Source: a virus
Taxonomy: Duplodnaviria > Caudoviricetes
Length of the DNA: 52,676 nt
Strand: one strand, 5' to 3'
IMG/VR virus record: IMGVR_UViG_3300007346_005272
Span: 1 to 52,676 of that record
Under the pieces are notes generated by a model that saw nothing but the letters and a program-made list of their open reading frames with translations, did not search any database and had not been told where the DNA came from. The translations under genes and the position numbers were made by a program. Shown in pieces: positions 8,912 through 18,397 of this stretch. The stretch's first letter is position 1. The number at the start of each line of letters is the position of its first letter.

Positions 8912-10459
8912 TTAAACTAGAGGATCACTCAGATTGCTCTTCGTGACCACAATGTCAATCAAATCAGCCACGCCAGAAACACGCACACCAACAGTAGCTT
9001 TAACTAGACCAGTCGCAAGCTGCGAGTTGGGGTTGTTGGTGGCATTAACCGAAACCGTGTAACCCGGATCAATTTGTGCACCTTCAATATCAAACGCAGC
9101 ATACAGACCATCCTGAAGAGCGATCGGCTGAAGGAAGTTCTTGATTGAAGAACGAATGTTTGCAAAGAGGTTGCCTCGTGCATCAATCGTGGAGAAAACA
9201 AACCGTTCCATACGATCCTCAATACCGATCACAATGTAGTTCATTGTGTCCTGCTGAGTGATGTAACGCCAGTTGGTCTCATCGTTAGAAGCCGACCGGG
9301 CACCATACACACGGATTGAGTTATTTACCTTGCGGATAGCGTTGATTCTGGCCTTATCGAGAGTTTCAGCAGTGGTAGGAGTAACGTCCTGATAAAGATC
9401 AGAAATGCCTACCGCTGAAGAAATCACACCGGCACCGGCACGCCACGGACCGCCCGCCGCATCAACCGCTTTAGCTCTAGCAGCCGCAGCGTAACTTTCC
9501 GGAGAAATGTTGATCGTGGAAGTCGTAACAGTTGACTCACCCGTCGCAAGCTCAGCAGAGTTAGGTGAAGTAACCTTAATGTGTGGCCAGTAGAAAGCCA
9601 TGCACTTAGCGTTTGCGTCAGAGTAGTACGATGAAACGCTGGTCTTAGCCGTAGCTGACGAATCACCCAGGGTGAAAGCACAAAGGGCAATACGGTTGTT
9701 GTTAGCAGCGTGGGTACGCAAAGCGTCCCAAACCGCAGTACCAGTGTAACCCGGAGCTGCAACAGCGCCACTCTTAAGGTTCACGCTGAAGCACGTTGAC
9801 ACATCCGGATCGGAATCGAATGTACCATCAAGCGCATCCACGATGTGATCCGCTGTGACTGCCGTACCATCTGACCCTCCAGAAAGGTTCGTGTCAGCAA
9901 GCGAATCTGGGTCATTCGATGAAGTTGCGTCGTCAGCAGCAACGATCAGATGACTGACCGTTGAAGAGTTGACGAACGAAACAGCATCATCAACATCCAC
10001 AAGATCACGACTAGACAGAAGAAGTGTGCTATCTAGCGAAATCTTAAGCCGGAAATAACCGGAAAGAATGTTGCTGTCATCGCTGTTGTTCTCAACAGCG
10101 ACAGAAAGGTTGTTGCCCCAAGCGCCCTTGTTCTTTGACGTAAGCGTCATAGTAGCAGAACCGCTTGAATCGTTCAACGTAATCGAAGAAGTCGCCGCAT
10201 CGTCCGCATCATAGTTGATCGCACGGAACACATAGCAACGAGAACCGCCCTCATCAAAGAAGGTCTTCACGTGGGAATACATATTCCCTGACTGGTAGTT
10301 ACCATAGTAGGTCGTGTAGTCGCTGAAGCTGCGAAGGAGCGTAGGCTCAGTCGTTGATCCACGCTCAGCAGTGCCAACCATAAACACCTGTCCAGCCACA
10401 TTGTTAGTAGTGCCCACAGGACCAGTACGCACTGCAGTGGTGACATTAACTCCCGGCAT
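8912..10459 (-). CDS. Contractile tail sheath protein
   Basis: MPGVNV start (SD GGAGG), GTAERG, FFDEGGSRCYVFR, GAWGNNLSV, RINAIR...IRVYGARS...WRYI sheath motifs. Confidence 0.93.
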   Translation of the reverse strand: MPGVNVTTAVRTGPVGTTNNVAGQVFMVGTAERGSTTEPTLLRSFSDYTTYYGNYQSGNMYSHVKTFFDEGGSRCYVFRAINYDADDAATSSITLNDSSGSATMTLTSKNKGAWGNNLSVAVENNSDDSNILSGYFRLKISLDSTLLLSSRDLVDVDDAVSFVNSSTVSHLIVAADDATSSNDPDSLADTNLSGGSDGTAVTADHIVDALDGTFDSDPDVSTCFSVNLKSGAVAAPGYTGTAVWDALRTHAANNNRIALCAFTLGDSSATAKTSVSSYYSDANAKCMAFYWPHIKVTSPNSAELATGESTVTTSTINISPESYAAAARAKAVDAAGGPWRAGAGVISSAVGISDLYQDVTPTTAETLDKARINAIRKVNNSIRVYGARSASNDETNWRYITQQDTMNYIVIGIEDRMERFVFSTIDARGNLFANIRSSIKNFLQPIALQDGLYAAFDIEGAQIDPGYTVSVNATNNPNSQLATGLVKATVGVRVSGVADLIDIVVTKSNLSDPLV

Positions 10460-10473
10460 AATTGCCTCCATAT

Positions 10474-10553
10474 TATTGTAGTTACAATACTAGTATTGAA
10501 CATGCCCTGCGGGGATACGCAAAGCGTACGCTCTATCAAATTTTATTTTACCA
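10474..10553 (-). promoter_or_regulatory. Sheath promoter and structured, palindromic 5' leader
   Basis: GGTAAAAT -10-like box; hairpins TACGC-TTT-GCGTA and CCC-GCA-GGG; overlapping palindromes CAATACTAGTATTG and TATTGTA-AC-TACAATA next to the SD. Confidence 0.45.
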
Positions 10554-10592
10554 TGCGAGAAGTAAAGTCGAGTGTAACTAACGTGACTACGG

Positions 10593-10808
10593 TCAAGAAT
10601 CAGATTGTTTGTTTAACTTTTCACGTTCTTCTTCGATAACAGCATCCCAATCAACAGTTCCCTTGTCGTTTAAGGGAAGACTTGTGCGTTTCACAACCTC
10701 CGCATAACGGCTCAAAACCTGTTTCCGGTACTCAAGCACATCTTCACGAGTAGGGGCTACTGTGAGAGAATAGTCTCTTAGTTCTTCAAGTTCTTCTTCT
10801 GTACTCAT
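10593..10808 (-). CDS. Small hypothetical protein (candidate partner or immunity protein of the 1950-aa protein)
   Basis: 71 aa, charged; TAGACT box 6 nt before the ATG. Confidence 0.55.
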   Translation of the reverse strand: MSTEEELEELRDYSLTVAPTREDVLEYRKQVLSRYAEVVKRTSLPLNDKGTVDWDAVIEEEREKLNKQSDS

Positions 10809-10812
10809 ATCG

Positions 10813-10998
10813 TTAGTCTAACTCATCTAAGGTCGCAGCGGGGTCGCTGAGTAAAGAATTCTTTTTGCGAGACTTACCGTCGTCCCAAAAATCTTGACCA
10901 GTGCGTGCTTTACGGGTGTGCCGCAACCAATAATCACTTTGTTCCCTTATCTTAGGGTCTCTTAACAGCTCTCGCCACGTTTTAGCTGATGATCTCAT
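10813..10998 (-). CDS. Small hypothetical protein ending in ATLDELD
   Basis: 61 aa, SD AAGGA, starts 12 nt after the stop of the 1950-aa gene. Confidence 0.55.
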   Translation of the reverse strand: MRSSAKTWRELLRDPKIREQSDYWLRHTRKARTGQDFWDDGKSRKKNSLLSDPAATLDELD

Positions 10999-11010
10999 CT
11001 TTTATTCCTT

Positions 11011-14000
11011 TCAAGAAAATCTAGGCCACAAGCCCGTACTTAAATAAGCAAACACTGCTGCTTCCTTAATGTTGAAATTATAGCCGCCTTCAGGACGCTC
11101 CGATCTCCACGGCTTCAAAAGATCATTTGATAACCAGTTAACAGGTCTAGAGCTACCTAACACAACAATCTCAGATTCTTCACCCTGACCTAAAGAACCA
11201 GTAGTAATACGAGGATTATCAAGATATCCGATACCCATAATAAGTTGAGCAGGAACCACATCATGCTGAAGAACGTGGGTAGGCTCACCCAGTTCACCAA
11301 CCTCTGCCATCTGTTCTATCCTATCGTCAGCAGTACCATACTTATTGCCAGCAAACCCCAAAGCAATCCCTATGTCGGTACTCCACGACTCCAAACCGCG
11401 AGTCACAGATGGTTCACGTCCACTAGGAAGCCCGTCGTCATCCCCAACAACATTCGGGATGTAAGTACCTCTAAACACACTAAGTTCAGTAATACCCGCA
11501 TCTTCCAAGTATTTCTGTGTTGTGGAATACTGACCTCTAACCCAAGCATCAATAAACGGTGTCAGAAGTTCTTGAATTTCAAAAATTTCTTCTATACCGG
11601 CATCAATCTCTGAGGGTTCATGAGAAACATCAATATCAAACTCTTCTCCCAAAACTGTTTTAACACGTTCAGATAAGAAGTCCCAATGGAACACTTCACT
11701 TCGCGCTTCACCCCAATGGATTTGAATAGCTTTAGCAATCCGACTCCCCACCCATGCTTCATTCTCAGTCACTTCTTTTTCATACTCTCTCATTTGTGAA
11801 GGAGTAAAACCAGTAGTATCTCGTTGACGTGAAGTAATTAAATCATTTATTGCAGCAAAAATTTCATACGTTGCATCAGTACGTTGTTTACCAGAAAGAG
11901 AACCACCAAGCTCAAACGCTTCCTCTAGCTTTTTCTGCAACGGCAACAAATCATCCTCAGTAGACAATTCCGCCACCACCGTTTTTAATGCTTTCTGATC
12001 TTCCCTTAAATGCACACCATCCACAACATCAGCCACAGGACGAGGCTTTCCTTCATGAATATCTGGAACAGAAGAGCCAGTCAAACGATCTTTATCCCAA
12101 CCCGTCAGTTTTTCAGGCCCTGGAGGAAGCCCAAAATCTGGCGCAGACGAACGAACCGTATCCAACTCATCAAGCGTGGCAGTCATATCATCCACAATCG
12201 TGGGACGAGCTTCGCTTTGAACAATTTCTACAGCTTCAGGAATAGTACGCCACTCGCCCATTCCCGAAACCTGCCAACCGCGTGCCCCGTCAACTGACGG
12301 ATTCACCGTAACGACACCAACTTCATTAGGGTCAAGATCAGCGTACGCCTGATAATTAGGAGTCCAAAACAGAGGGTCGGGACGGTTCGGAACATTGTAC
12401 TGCCGCCAATACGAATATTCTCTATAGAAATCTCCACGCTCTTCCATCGTAGACGGCGTAGCTGATAAAAGTCTCTTTCTCTCATTTTCTGGCATGCTCT
12501 TAGTCCAGGCAGCGATCTCCGACTTCATTCGCTCCACGGCAGCTGGCCCCGTATCGTCACGGACAGCTTCACGCATTTCATGAATACCACGAACGATCGA
12601 ATCCGCAACCAACGGGTCAGTCGTAAAGCTAATAGCGTCGGATACGCCGCCGCCCAACCCTGCAGGAACTTCACCTGATTCGTCTCTTAACTGGGCACGA
12701 GTTTTAAACCCTCCATCTTGCAAACCACTCAAACCTGTAGTTACATGTAACAATCCTTGTGGAAGGTTTTCCCACATGCCTCTCTCAGCCCTAGCGGAAT
12801 AACCATACCGCTGCCACGCCTCCGACCTCTCATCATTTTCAGTACCCCAAACCTCTCTAGGGTTACCTATGTCAATCTTATTTAGTACGATAGCCCGAGT
12901 GATTTCAGCTTGCCAAGCCTTTTCGATTTCACGCCTAACTGTCATAGCCGCATCAGCGTCATCCGATGGCAGGGCATCGTAAACTGATCCAATATCAGCA
13001 AGGCCGGGTCGCTCATCTCTAGGCACGGGTAAACCATCATCAGCAATAACTTGCGTCTTAAACAACTCAGGACGCTCTCTCAATAATTCAACACCACGCT
13101 CCCATGTTACCTTCCCCTCTTCAGTATAGCCGACAGGAGGAGGCCCAGGCACCCAAAAACCGCCATCATCAGTTTCGACAACACCTCCCCCAGGAATCTC
13201 CGTAGACTCTGGAACGATATCATCAACCGACCGGGCCATAACCGAAGCCACTTCATCCTCAGCATCATCCAAATCATCAATCATTTCAGAAACAGCATCA
13301 TCCCGATCAGAACGCAACTGATCAGACAAACCACGCAACTCAGCCAAACGCTCCTTCTGCCGCAAAAACTCAGGAATCTTACCCTCATACTCGGCAAACT
13401 CTTCACGCTGACGCTCCAACCCCGCAACAGGATCAAGACCATCCAACGGCACATCATTCTCATCCATATAATCCAACAAACGCCACAACACCTGACCCGT
13501 CATCTCCGAATCAGCATCAGCCGTATGCCACGAGAAATCCTCCAACCCGAAAAACTCCTGCAACTTCTTCAACGAAGCACTACCCGGACCATCCTCAACC
13601 CCAGCACGCTTAGCAATATTGCCCAAACCCATCGTGTCAAAATACGTCACCTCATCCAAATCAAACGACGGCACACCATCAGGATCATGACGCTGACGCT
13701 CCAACTCCATACGCTTCAAATCAAACGCAGCATTATGCGCCATAAACACCACATCAGAACCATCAGAATCGCCATTAGCAAAACGCATAAACTCCTGCAA
13801 CACCGTAGGCATATCAGGCTGCTTCGCCAAAAACTCCGGAGACATAGGCTTACCATCAGCATCAATCAAATTCGCTTGAGACCAATCAGACAACTCATCA
13901 TACTCCACATTCACATACATGGAGAAACGATCAACAATCACACCATCAACATAAACCACGCCACCCAACTGAACAATACGGTCCTCATCAACCTCATCCG

Positions 14001-16863
14001 GATCCATACGCCCAGCAGTCTCCGTATCAAAAACCACCACACGCTTACCCTTAAGAAGCTGCGACACCTCTCTCCACGAAGTCGCCTCAGCCAACTCATC
14101 ACGCAAACCAGAACCAGCAAGATGCGGAGGAGGAGAGAACGGTGCCCACACCTTATCTACAAGAACACCATCTCTAAACAACTCAGGTTCGTCTACCTGT
14201 GCCTGAGCTAACTCGCCAAGAATTCTATTCTTCCGATCTTCCGACTCGGCATCAGAAAGCATTTGAGACGTGGCTGAAGGATCACTCGCAACCCTAGGAA
14301 GCAAGCTGCCACGCTGCTTCCCCTGATCTACATCCCTCACCACTCGACGGGCTTCGTAAGTGGAGTAGGCAGTATCTGCTTCTTGTCTACCTGCCAAAGC
14401 AGTCAAAGGAGGAAGGTCGTCTTCAGACCAGTCACGGTCCGTCAAAATAAACTTAAGCTCCTCAGGAATAATCTGCTTCGAATACTTGTCAAACATCTGA
14501 GGAAGATTGCTTTCTTCTCCGTCTGTACCTGCCGGAATTCTTCGCCTTCCTGTAACGTGAGCCGAAATTACTTCCGCTAAAACTTCCATGCTTTCAGTCC
14601 GCTCCATCCGCCTCTTGAGTAACGGATCTAAGCCGGGAGTGTTTTGTGAGACACCATACTTTATTTGAATATAATCATTAGGCGTATAACCCAAAATAGA
14701 AGATACGTAAGCATGGTCAGTGCTCCTCGTCCGTAATTCAAAATCTCTATTGTAAGTCTCAAGCCACGGCCTATTTTCACTTATCCACTGTTGGGGAGCT
14801 TGACGAATAGGTGAATCATTTCTAAAAATGTAATCACCATTTCTTTCTTGTCTGTCAAGCTCACGAAGAGCTTCTTGCCTACGACTTAACGTCTCTGTTA
14901 AAATAGTAACTCTACGAGCATTCTCAGGATCGTCTATCTGTTTCTGAATATTTTCGATCTCGCCCTCAAGACGTATCTTCTCTCTAAAGAAAGCATCTGC
15001 AGCCAACAAAGAATCAATCCGGTGAACCGCTTCATGCACAGCAACTTGGTCTAGAGGTGTTTCAGATAAGCCCACCTCCTGAAAATCATTACGCAACCTT
15101 CCAAGCGTAGCTAAACTCTTTAACCCCAAAGGAATATCTACACCATCAGGCCCATCATCAGGATTAAACCTCTTAATGGTACCGGCTTTCCGATCAATAA
15201 CTAAATGCTCATCTAAGCCCAACATTTGCGGAGTGAGGACTAACACGCCAGTTGCAGAATTAAACGTACCACCAATTTTATTGTCATCAAGCAGTTCAAT
15301 ACGAAGTTCTGTTGGACGATACTCAGGACTTAGACCATCTGTAGACTTTCTAATTTTACGCAACAAATCTTCATTCTCTGCACCGCCAGGAATGAAACGT
15401 AAAATGCCCTGCATTTTTTTATCTTTCAGGGTTTCCTCCGTAAACACGACTTTGATATCTTGTGGCTTAGTAACTTCTTTAAGCTCAGTTTTCAACTCAG
15501 CTAAACGTTCACGAAGCTGAGAAGCTAATGGATGTTCGCCGTCAGCCTCAAGTCTCTGAATTGCAATCTCACCTGTTTCAATGTCTCTCAAAACCTGACT
15601 AATAACATCAAAATTCTGATACTGTCCACTTAACTCACCGGCACGTTCAACTAACCGATTCTCAGGAATTATCCCCAAAGTAGAACTAAGCTCAGTAGCC
15701 TCATCAGCACGCCGTGCAGCTAAATCCGACTTTGCGCTAGCTACCGTCTGACCAATACTATCGCTACGACGCCTAAAAGCATGGCCTGTATAATATTCGT
15801 AATCTTTAAATCCGGCATTCTGTAAAAATAGCCTATCTATCAATTCGGGATTATCAGCCATGTACTGCAGCTGGTTTGCAAGACCCAAATGGGTTTCAGT
15901 GCTGCCCGTAGAAGCTGTATTCCTATCTAACCAATCAGCATGGTAACGAACCTTATCAAAATCATCAGCAGCATAAGCATTAATTAATTCTTTTATATGA
16001 TGATCGTGCCAAGTCGTCACAGGCAACGCAGCGGCCATCGCTTGTAAGAACCGAACGTCATCCTCGTCAACTGTCTCGATCATGTCTGCTACAGATCGCC
16101 TCCGTCTGCGTGCTTCATCTTCTAAAAACTTTAAGCGAGAACGAAAACGGCTAATAGATTGTCTATCGCCATCACGAAGCATAGCAGCCATACTTTCACC
16201 CAAAGTAAAGTTCGCATAGCGGTAAGAAGGAGACTCCCCGCTTCGGCCCGTAGGCTTGCCGTGTAACCGCTCTTCCATGTACTGAAACAGTGTGATGCGG
16301 TTACGACGCTCCGCAATATCTATTGCAGCTGCCCGCTTAACAGGAATATTATTTAAACCCCGTAGCCGATCTTGAGACGCTTGAGTTATTAAACCACTTT
16401 CAACAGCTTCATCCGATAAAAGGTACTCAATCTTCGGACGAAAAGCGGCAAGGGCAGCGGAACCTTTATCAGTTGACACATCCACTACATCCACATCATC
16501 AACCGCATCATCAAAACGAGCCGACTCAGCCAACGACGGCCCCAAAACCCCACGAGGCAAAATGCCCTGAGACTCCAAAAGCGAAGGCGAATCATCAGCC
16601 AACGTCCCCAAAGATCCACCCAACGTAGTAGAATCAGTATCTCTAAACGACGGCGTAAAATCCCAAACAGACCCGTCAGCACGAACAAACTCTACACGAC
16701 CACGATCAACCTGACCGTACTCGCTCCAAATCTCACCCGTATCAATAAAGCGCAAATACGCCCCTTTAGGGCGCTCCCAAATCGTTCCATCCTGAACAAG
16801 ACCATCAAGGTCACCGTCACGAGGAAACGGCACAAAAGGTACAACACGAGGTTTCCTAGCCAT
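11011..16863 (-). CDS. Large polyvalent protein: zincin-like peptidase, DEDDh 3'-5' exonuclease and two ADP-ribosyltransferase-like domains
   Basis: N-terminal PRDGDLDGLVQDGTIWERP; AVHEAVH...EVLAE (HExxH plus E); VVFDTETAG...AHNAAFD...HTADAD (DnaQ-like); LLHVTT...GLGGG...ISFT...GEWR; VFRG...ESWS...EESEIVV (R-S-E ART pattern). Confidence 0.75.
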   Translation of the reverse strand: MARKPRVVPFVPFPRDGDLDGLVQDGTIWERPKGAYLRFIDTGEIWSEYGQVDRGRVEFVRADGSVWDFTPSFRDTDSTTLGGSLGTLADDSPSLLESQGILPRGVLGPSLAESARFDDAVDDVDVVDVSTDKGSAALAAFRPKIEYLLSDEAVESGLITQASQDRLRGLNNIPVKRAAAIDIAERRNRITLFQYMEERLHGKPTGRSGESPSYRYANFTLGESMAAMLRDGDRQSISRFRSRLKFLEDEARRRRRSVADMIETVDEDDVRFLQAMAAALPVTTWHDHHIKELINAYAADDFDKVRYHADWLDRNTASTGSTETHLGLANQLQYMADNPELIDRLFLQNAGFKDYEYYTGHAFRRRSDSIGQTVASAKSDLAARRADEATELSSTLGIIPENRLVERAGELSGQYQNFDVISQVLRDIETGEIAIQRLEADGEHPLASQLRERLAELKTELKEVTKPQDIKVVFTEETLKDKKMQGILRFIPGGAENEDLLRKIRKSTDGLSPEYRPTELRIELLDDNKIGGTFNSATGVLVLTPQMLGLDEHLVIDRKAGTIKRFNPDDGPDGVDIPLGLKSLATLGRLRNDFQEVGLSETPLDQVAVHEAVHRIDSLLAADAFFREKIRLEGEIENIQKQIDDPENARRVTILTETLSRRQEALRELDRQERNGDYIFRNDSPIRQAPQQWISENRPWLETYNRDFELRTRSTDHAYVSSILGYTPNDYIQIKYGVSQNTPGLDPLLKRRMERTESMEVLAEVISAHVTGRRRIPAGTDGEESNLPQMFDKYSKQIIPEELKFILTDRDWSEDDLPPLTALAGRQEADTAYSTYEARRVVRDVDQGKQRGSLLPRVASDPSATSQMLSDAESEDRKNRILGELAQAQVDEPELFRDGVLVDKVWAPFSPPPHLAGSGLRDELAEATSWREVSQLLKGKRVVVFDTETAGRMDPDEVDEDRIVQLGGVVYVDGVIVDRFSMYVNVEYDELSDWSQANLIDADGKPMSPEFLAKQPDMPTVLQEFMRFANGDSDGSDVVFMAHNAAFDLKRMELERQRHDPDGVPSFDLDEVTYFDTMGLGNIAKRAGVEDGPGSASLKKLQEFFGLEDFSWHTADADSEMTGQVLWRLLDYMDENDVPLDGLDPVAGLERQREEFAEYEGKIPEFLRQKERLAELRGLSDQLRSDRDDAVSEMIDDLDDAEDEVASVMARSVDDIVPESTEIPGGGVVETDDGGFWVPGPPPVGYTEEGKVTWERGVELLRERPELFKTQVIADDGLPVPRDERPGLADIGSVYDALPSDDADAAMTVRREIEKAWQAEITRAIVLNKIDIGNPREVWGTENDERSEAWQRYGYSARAERGMWENLPQGLLHVTTGLSGLQDGGFKTRAQLRDESGEVPAGLGGGVSDAISFTTDPLVADSIVRGIHEMREAVRDDTGPAAVERMKSEIAAWTKSMPENERKRLLSATPSTMEERGDFYREYSYWRQYNVPNRPDPLFWTPNYQAYADLDPNEVGVVTVNPSVDGARGWQVSGMGEWRTIPEAVEIVQSEARPTIVDDMTATLDELDTVRSSAPDFGLPPGPEKLTGWDKDRLTGSSVPDIHEGKPRPVADVVDGVHLREDQKALKTVVAELSTEDDLLPLQKKLEEAFELGGSLSGKQRTDATYEIFAAINDLITSRQRDTTGFTPSQMREYEKEVTENEAWVGSRIAKAIQIHWGEARSEVFHWDFLSERVKTVLGEEFDIDVSHEPSEIDAGIEEIFEIQELLTPFIDAWVRGQYSTTQKYLEDAGITELSVFRGTYIPNVVGDDDGLPSGREPSVTRGLESWSTDIGIALGFAGNKYGTADDRIEQMAEVGELGEPTHVLQHDVVPAQLIMGIGYLDNPRITTGSLGQGEESEIVVLGSSRPVNWLSNDLLKPWRSERPEGGYNFNIKEAAVFAYLSTGLWPRFS

Positions 16864-16876
16864 ACTATCTATTATA
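16864..16876 (-). promoter_or_regulatory. Leaderless-type -10 box TATAAT, 7 nt before ATG
   Basis: Minus strand reads GCTATAATAGATAGTATG. Confidence 0.65.
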
Positions 16877-16888
16877 GCTCAACCGGAC

Positions 16889-17761
16889 CTACGAAGACGG
16901 CGTGACCTCTAACGAACTTGCAGAATATGCGCCAGTACCGCCAGCATTCAAAGCAGCCACCCGGAACTTGTAACCAGTCCCGTTCGTCAAACCAGTCACC
17001 CGATAGAAACCCTCGACCGAACTTGTATCGGCAACAGCAGTAGACCACGTGTCACCATCATCAGTGCTTTGCTGAATCTTGTAACCAGTGATCTCATGAA
17101 CACCACCATTCCACGTGGCCTCAAGCCAAGACAGCGTAACTTCAGTATCGCCCGCAACCGCTACAAGGTTTGTGGGGGCATTCGGAGTAGCCGCCATCTT
17201 TTCTACAGTAATCTCAGAGGACTGCATAGTGCCTAGTGCAGTGCGGGTCAGAGTTTCTTCAAGGGTCAAAGAGTAACCTATGTATGACCCTGCCAGTAGT
17301 CGCTCACCTTTAATCAAAGTTAAATCAGAGAACTGCTCTACAATAGTCCCCTCATCAATCTTTGGCGAGCACGATACGTCAGTATCGTAAGCAGAAAGCG
17401 AGGGATGATCCATCAATGCTTCACGAACAACAGTTGTCAAGTTATCTCGCTGATCGGTGACAGTCTGAGCACCCGCATCCCGAACCCAAACATAGGTACG
17501 CATATCGTACACAACCTGCAAATCCGGATCAAACCCCGCCGTATAACCAGCTCGATTAATAGAATCAGTGCTCATGACAATAGTAATAATCGTCGGCCAT
17601 CTATCAAGCTGAAACGGCTCATGGCTAACATACAAACGAGGATCAGGCAACTGACTGGCGCTCAGGTTCCAATGGTTCCTGTAAGCAACCAGCCTAGAAG
17701 GCAGATCTGCTGCTAAATAATTGGTAACAAACTGTTTAGCCAAACGGCTTCCACTCATCAT
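16889..17761 (-). CDS. Tail completion/terminator-like protein with C-terminal fibronectin type III domain
   Basis: Position after the neck genes; PNAPTNL...VTLSW...ITGYKIQ...VTGLTNGTGYKFRVAALNAGGTG is a clear FN3 signature. Confidence 0.7.
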   Translation of the reverse strand: MMSGSRLAKQFVTNYLAADLPSRLVAYRNHWNLSASQLPDPRLYVSHEPFQLDRWPTIITIVMSTDSINRAGYTAGFDPDLQVVYDMRTYVWVRDAGAQTVTDQRDNLTTVVREALMDHPSLSAYDTDVSCSPKIDEGTIVEQFSDLTLIKGERLLAGSYIGYSLTLEETLTRTALGTMQSSEITVEKMAATPNAPTNLVAVAGDTEVTLSWLEATWNGGVHEITGYKIQQSTDDGDTWSTAVADTSSVEGFYRVTGLTNGTGYKFRVAALNAGGTGAYSASSLEVTPSS

Positions 17762-17772
17762 AATTCAAACAC

Positions 17773-18396
17773 CTACTGTCCTAACAAATCGTTGCCTCTG
17801 TACGTCTTGCTCCAATACGGAACATTAGCACCAGCCATACCCGTCTTCTTCAACCAAGCATAGTACTTGCCTACCGAACCACCGTAAATAACTCTCTCGG
17901 CAATAGCAGAACCCAGCTTTGAAGAGAACTGACGGCCCTTCGGCTCGCCAAACTTAAACAAGAACGGTCGAGCAGGCATCTTCCTTGTACCGTATTGAAT
18001 GAAACTTGCATACGGAACAACTCGACCATCAATCCCATCGCTCGTTAAATCCGTACCAAACTTCATACTATGCGACTTATACTCTCTAACCGCTCCTCGT
18101 GCATTGTCAACAGTAAGGCTGCGTCTTAAATCGCCAGTTCTAACAAGCACACCTTTATTACCATATCCCTCTTCTATTTTCCATGCAACAGTTTCAGGCG
18201 CAAGTACGGTCCATCTACCGCGACCATTATTACGAAAATCTTCCCGAATCTGACGTTTGACCTCTTTAGCTGCCCACTTAAACTGCGACTTGAAACCTTT
18301 TGCAGAACGGCGACGCATAGCATTAAAATGCTTAGTCATTTCCCGCTTGTCAACTTTGACACTAATACTAAGAGCTGGTTGCCTTCTCCGAGCCAT
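17773..18396 (-). CDS. Virion morphogenesis (neck / tail-completion) protein
   Basis: Basic protein; W..LAP.T, LVRTGDLRRSL and YASFIQYGTRKMPARPFL motifs of the Mu gpG / HK97 gp10-like family. Confidence 0.8.
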   Translation of the reverse strand: MARRRQPALSISVKVDKREMTKHFNAMRRRSAKGFKSQFKWAAKEVKRQIREDFRNNGRGRWTVLAPETVAWKIEEGYGNKGVLVRTGDLRRSLTVDNARGAVREYKSHSMKFGTDLTSDGIDGRVVPYASFIQYGTRKMPARPFLFKFGEPKGRQFSSKLGSAIAERVIYGGSVGKYYAWLKKTGMAGANVPYWSKTYRGNDLLGQ

Positions 18397-18397
18397 C

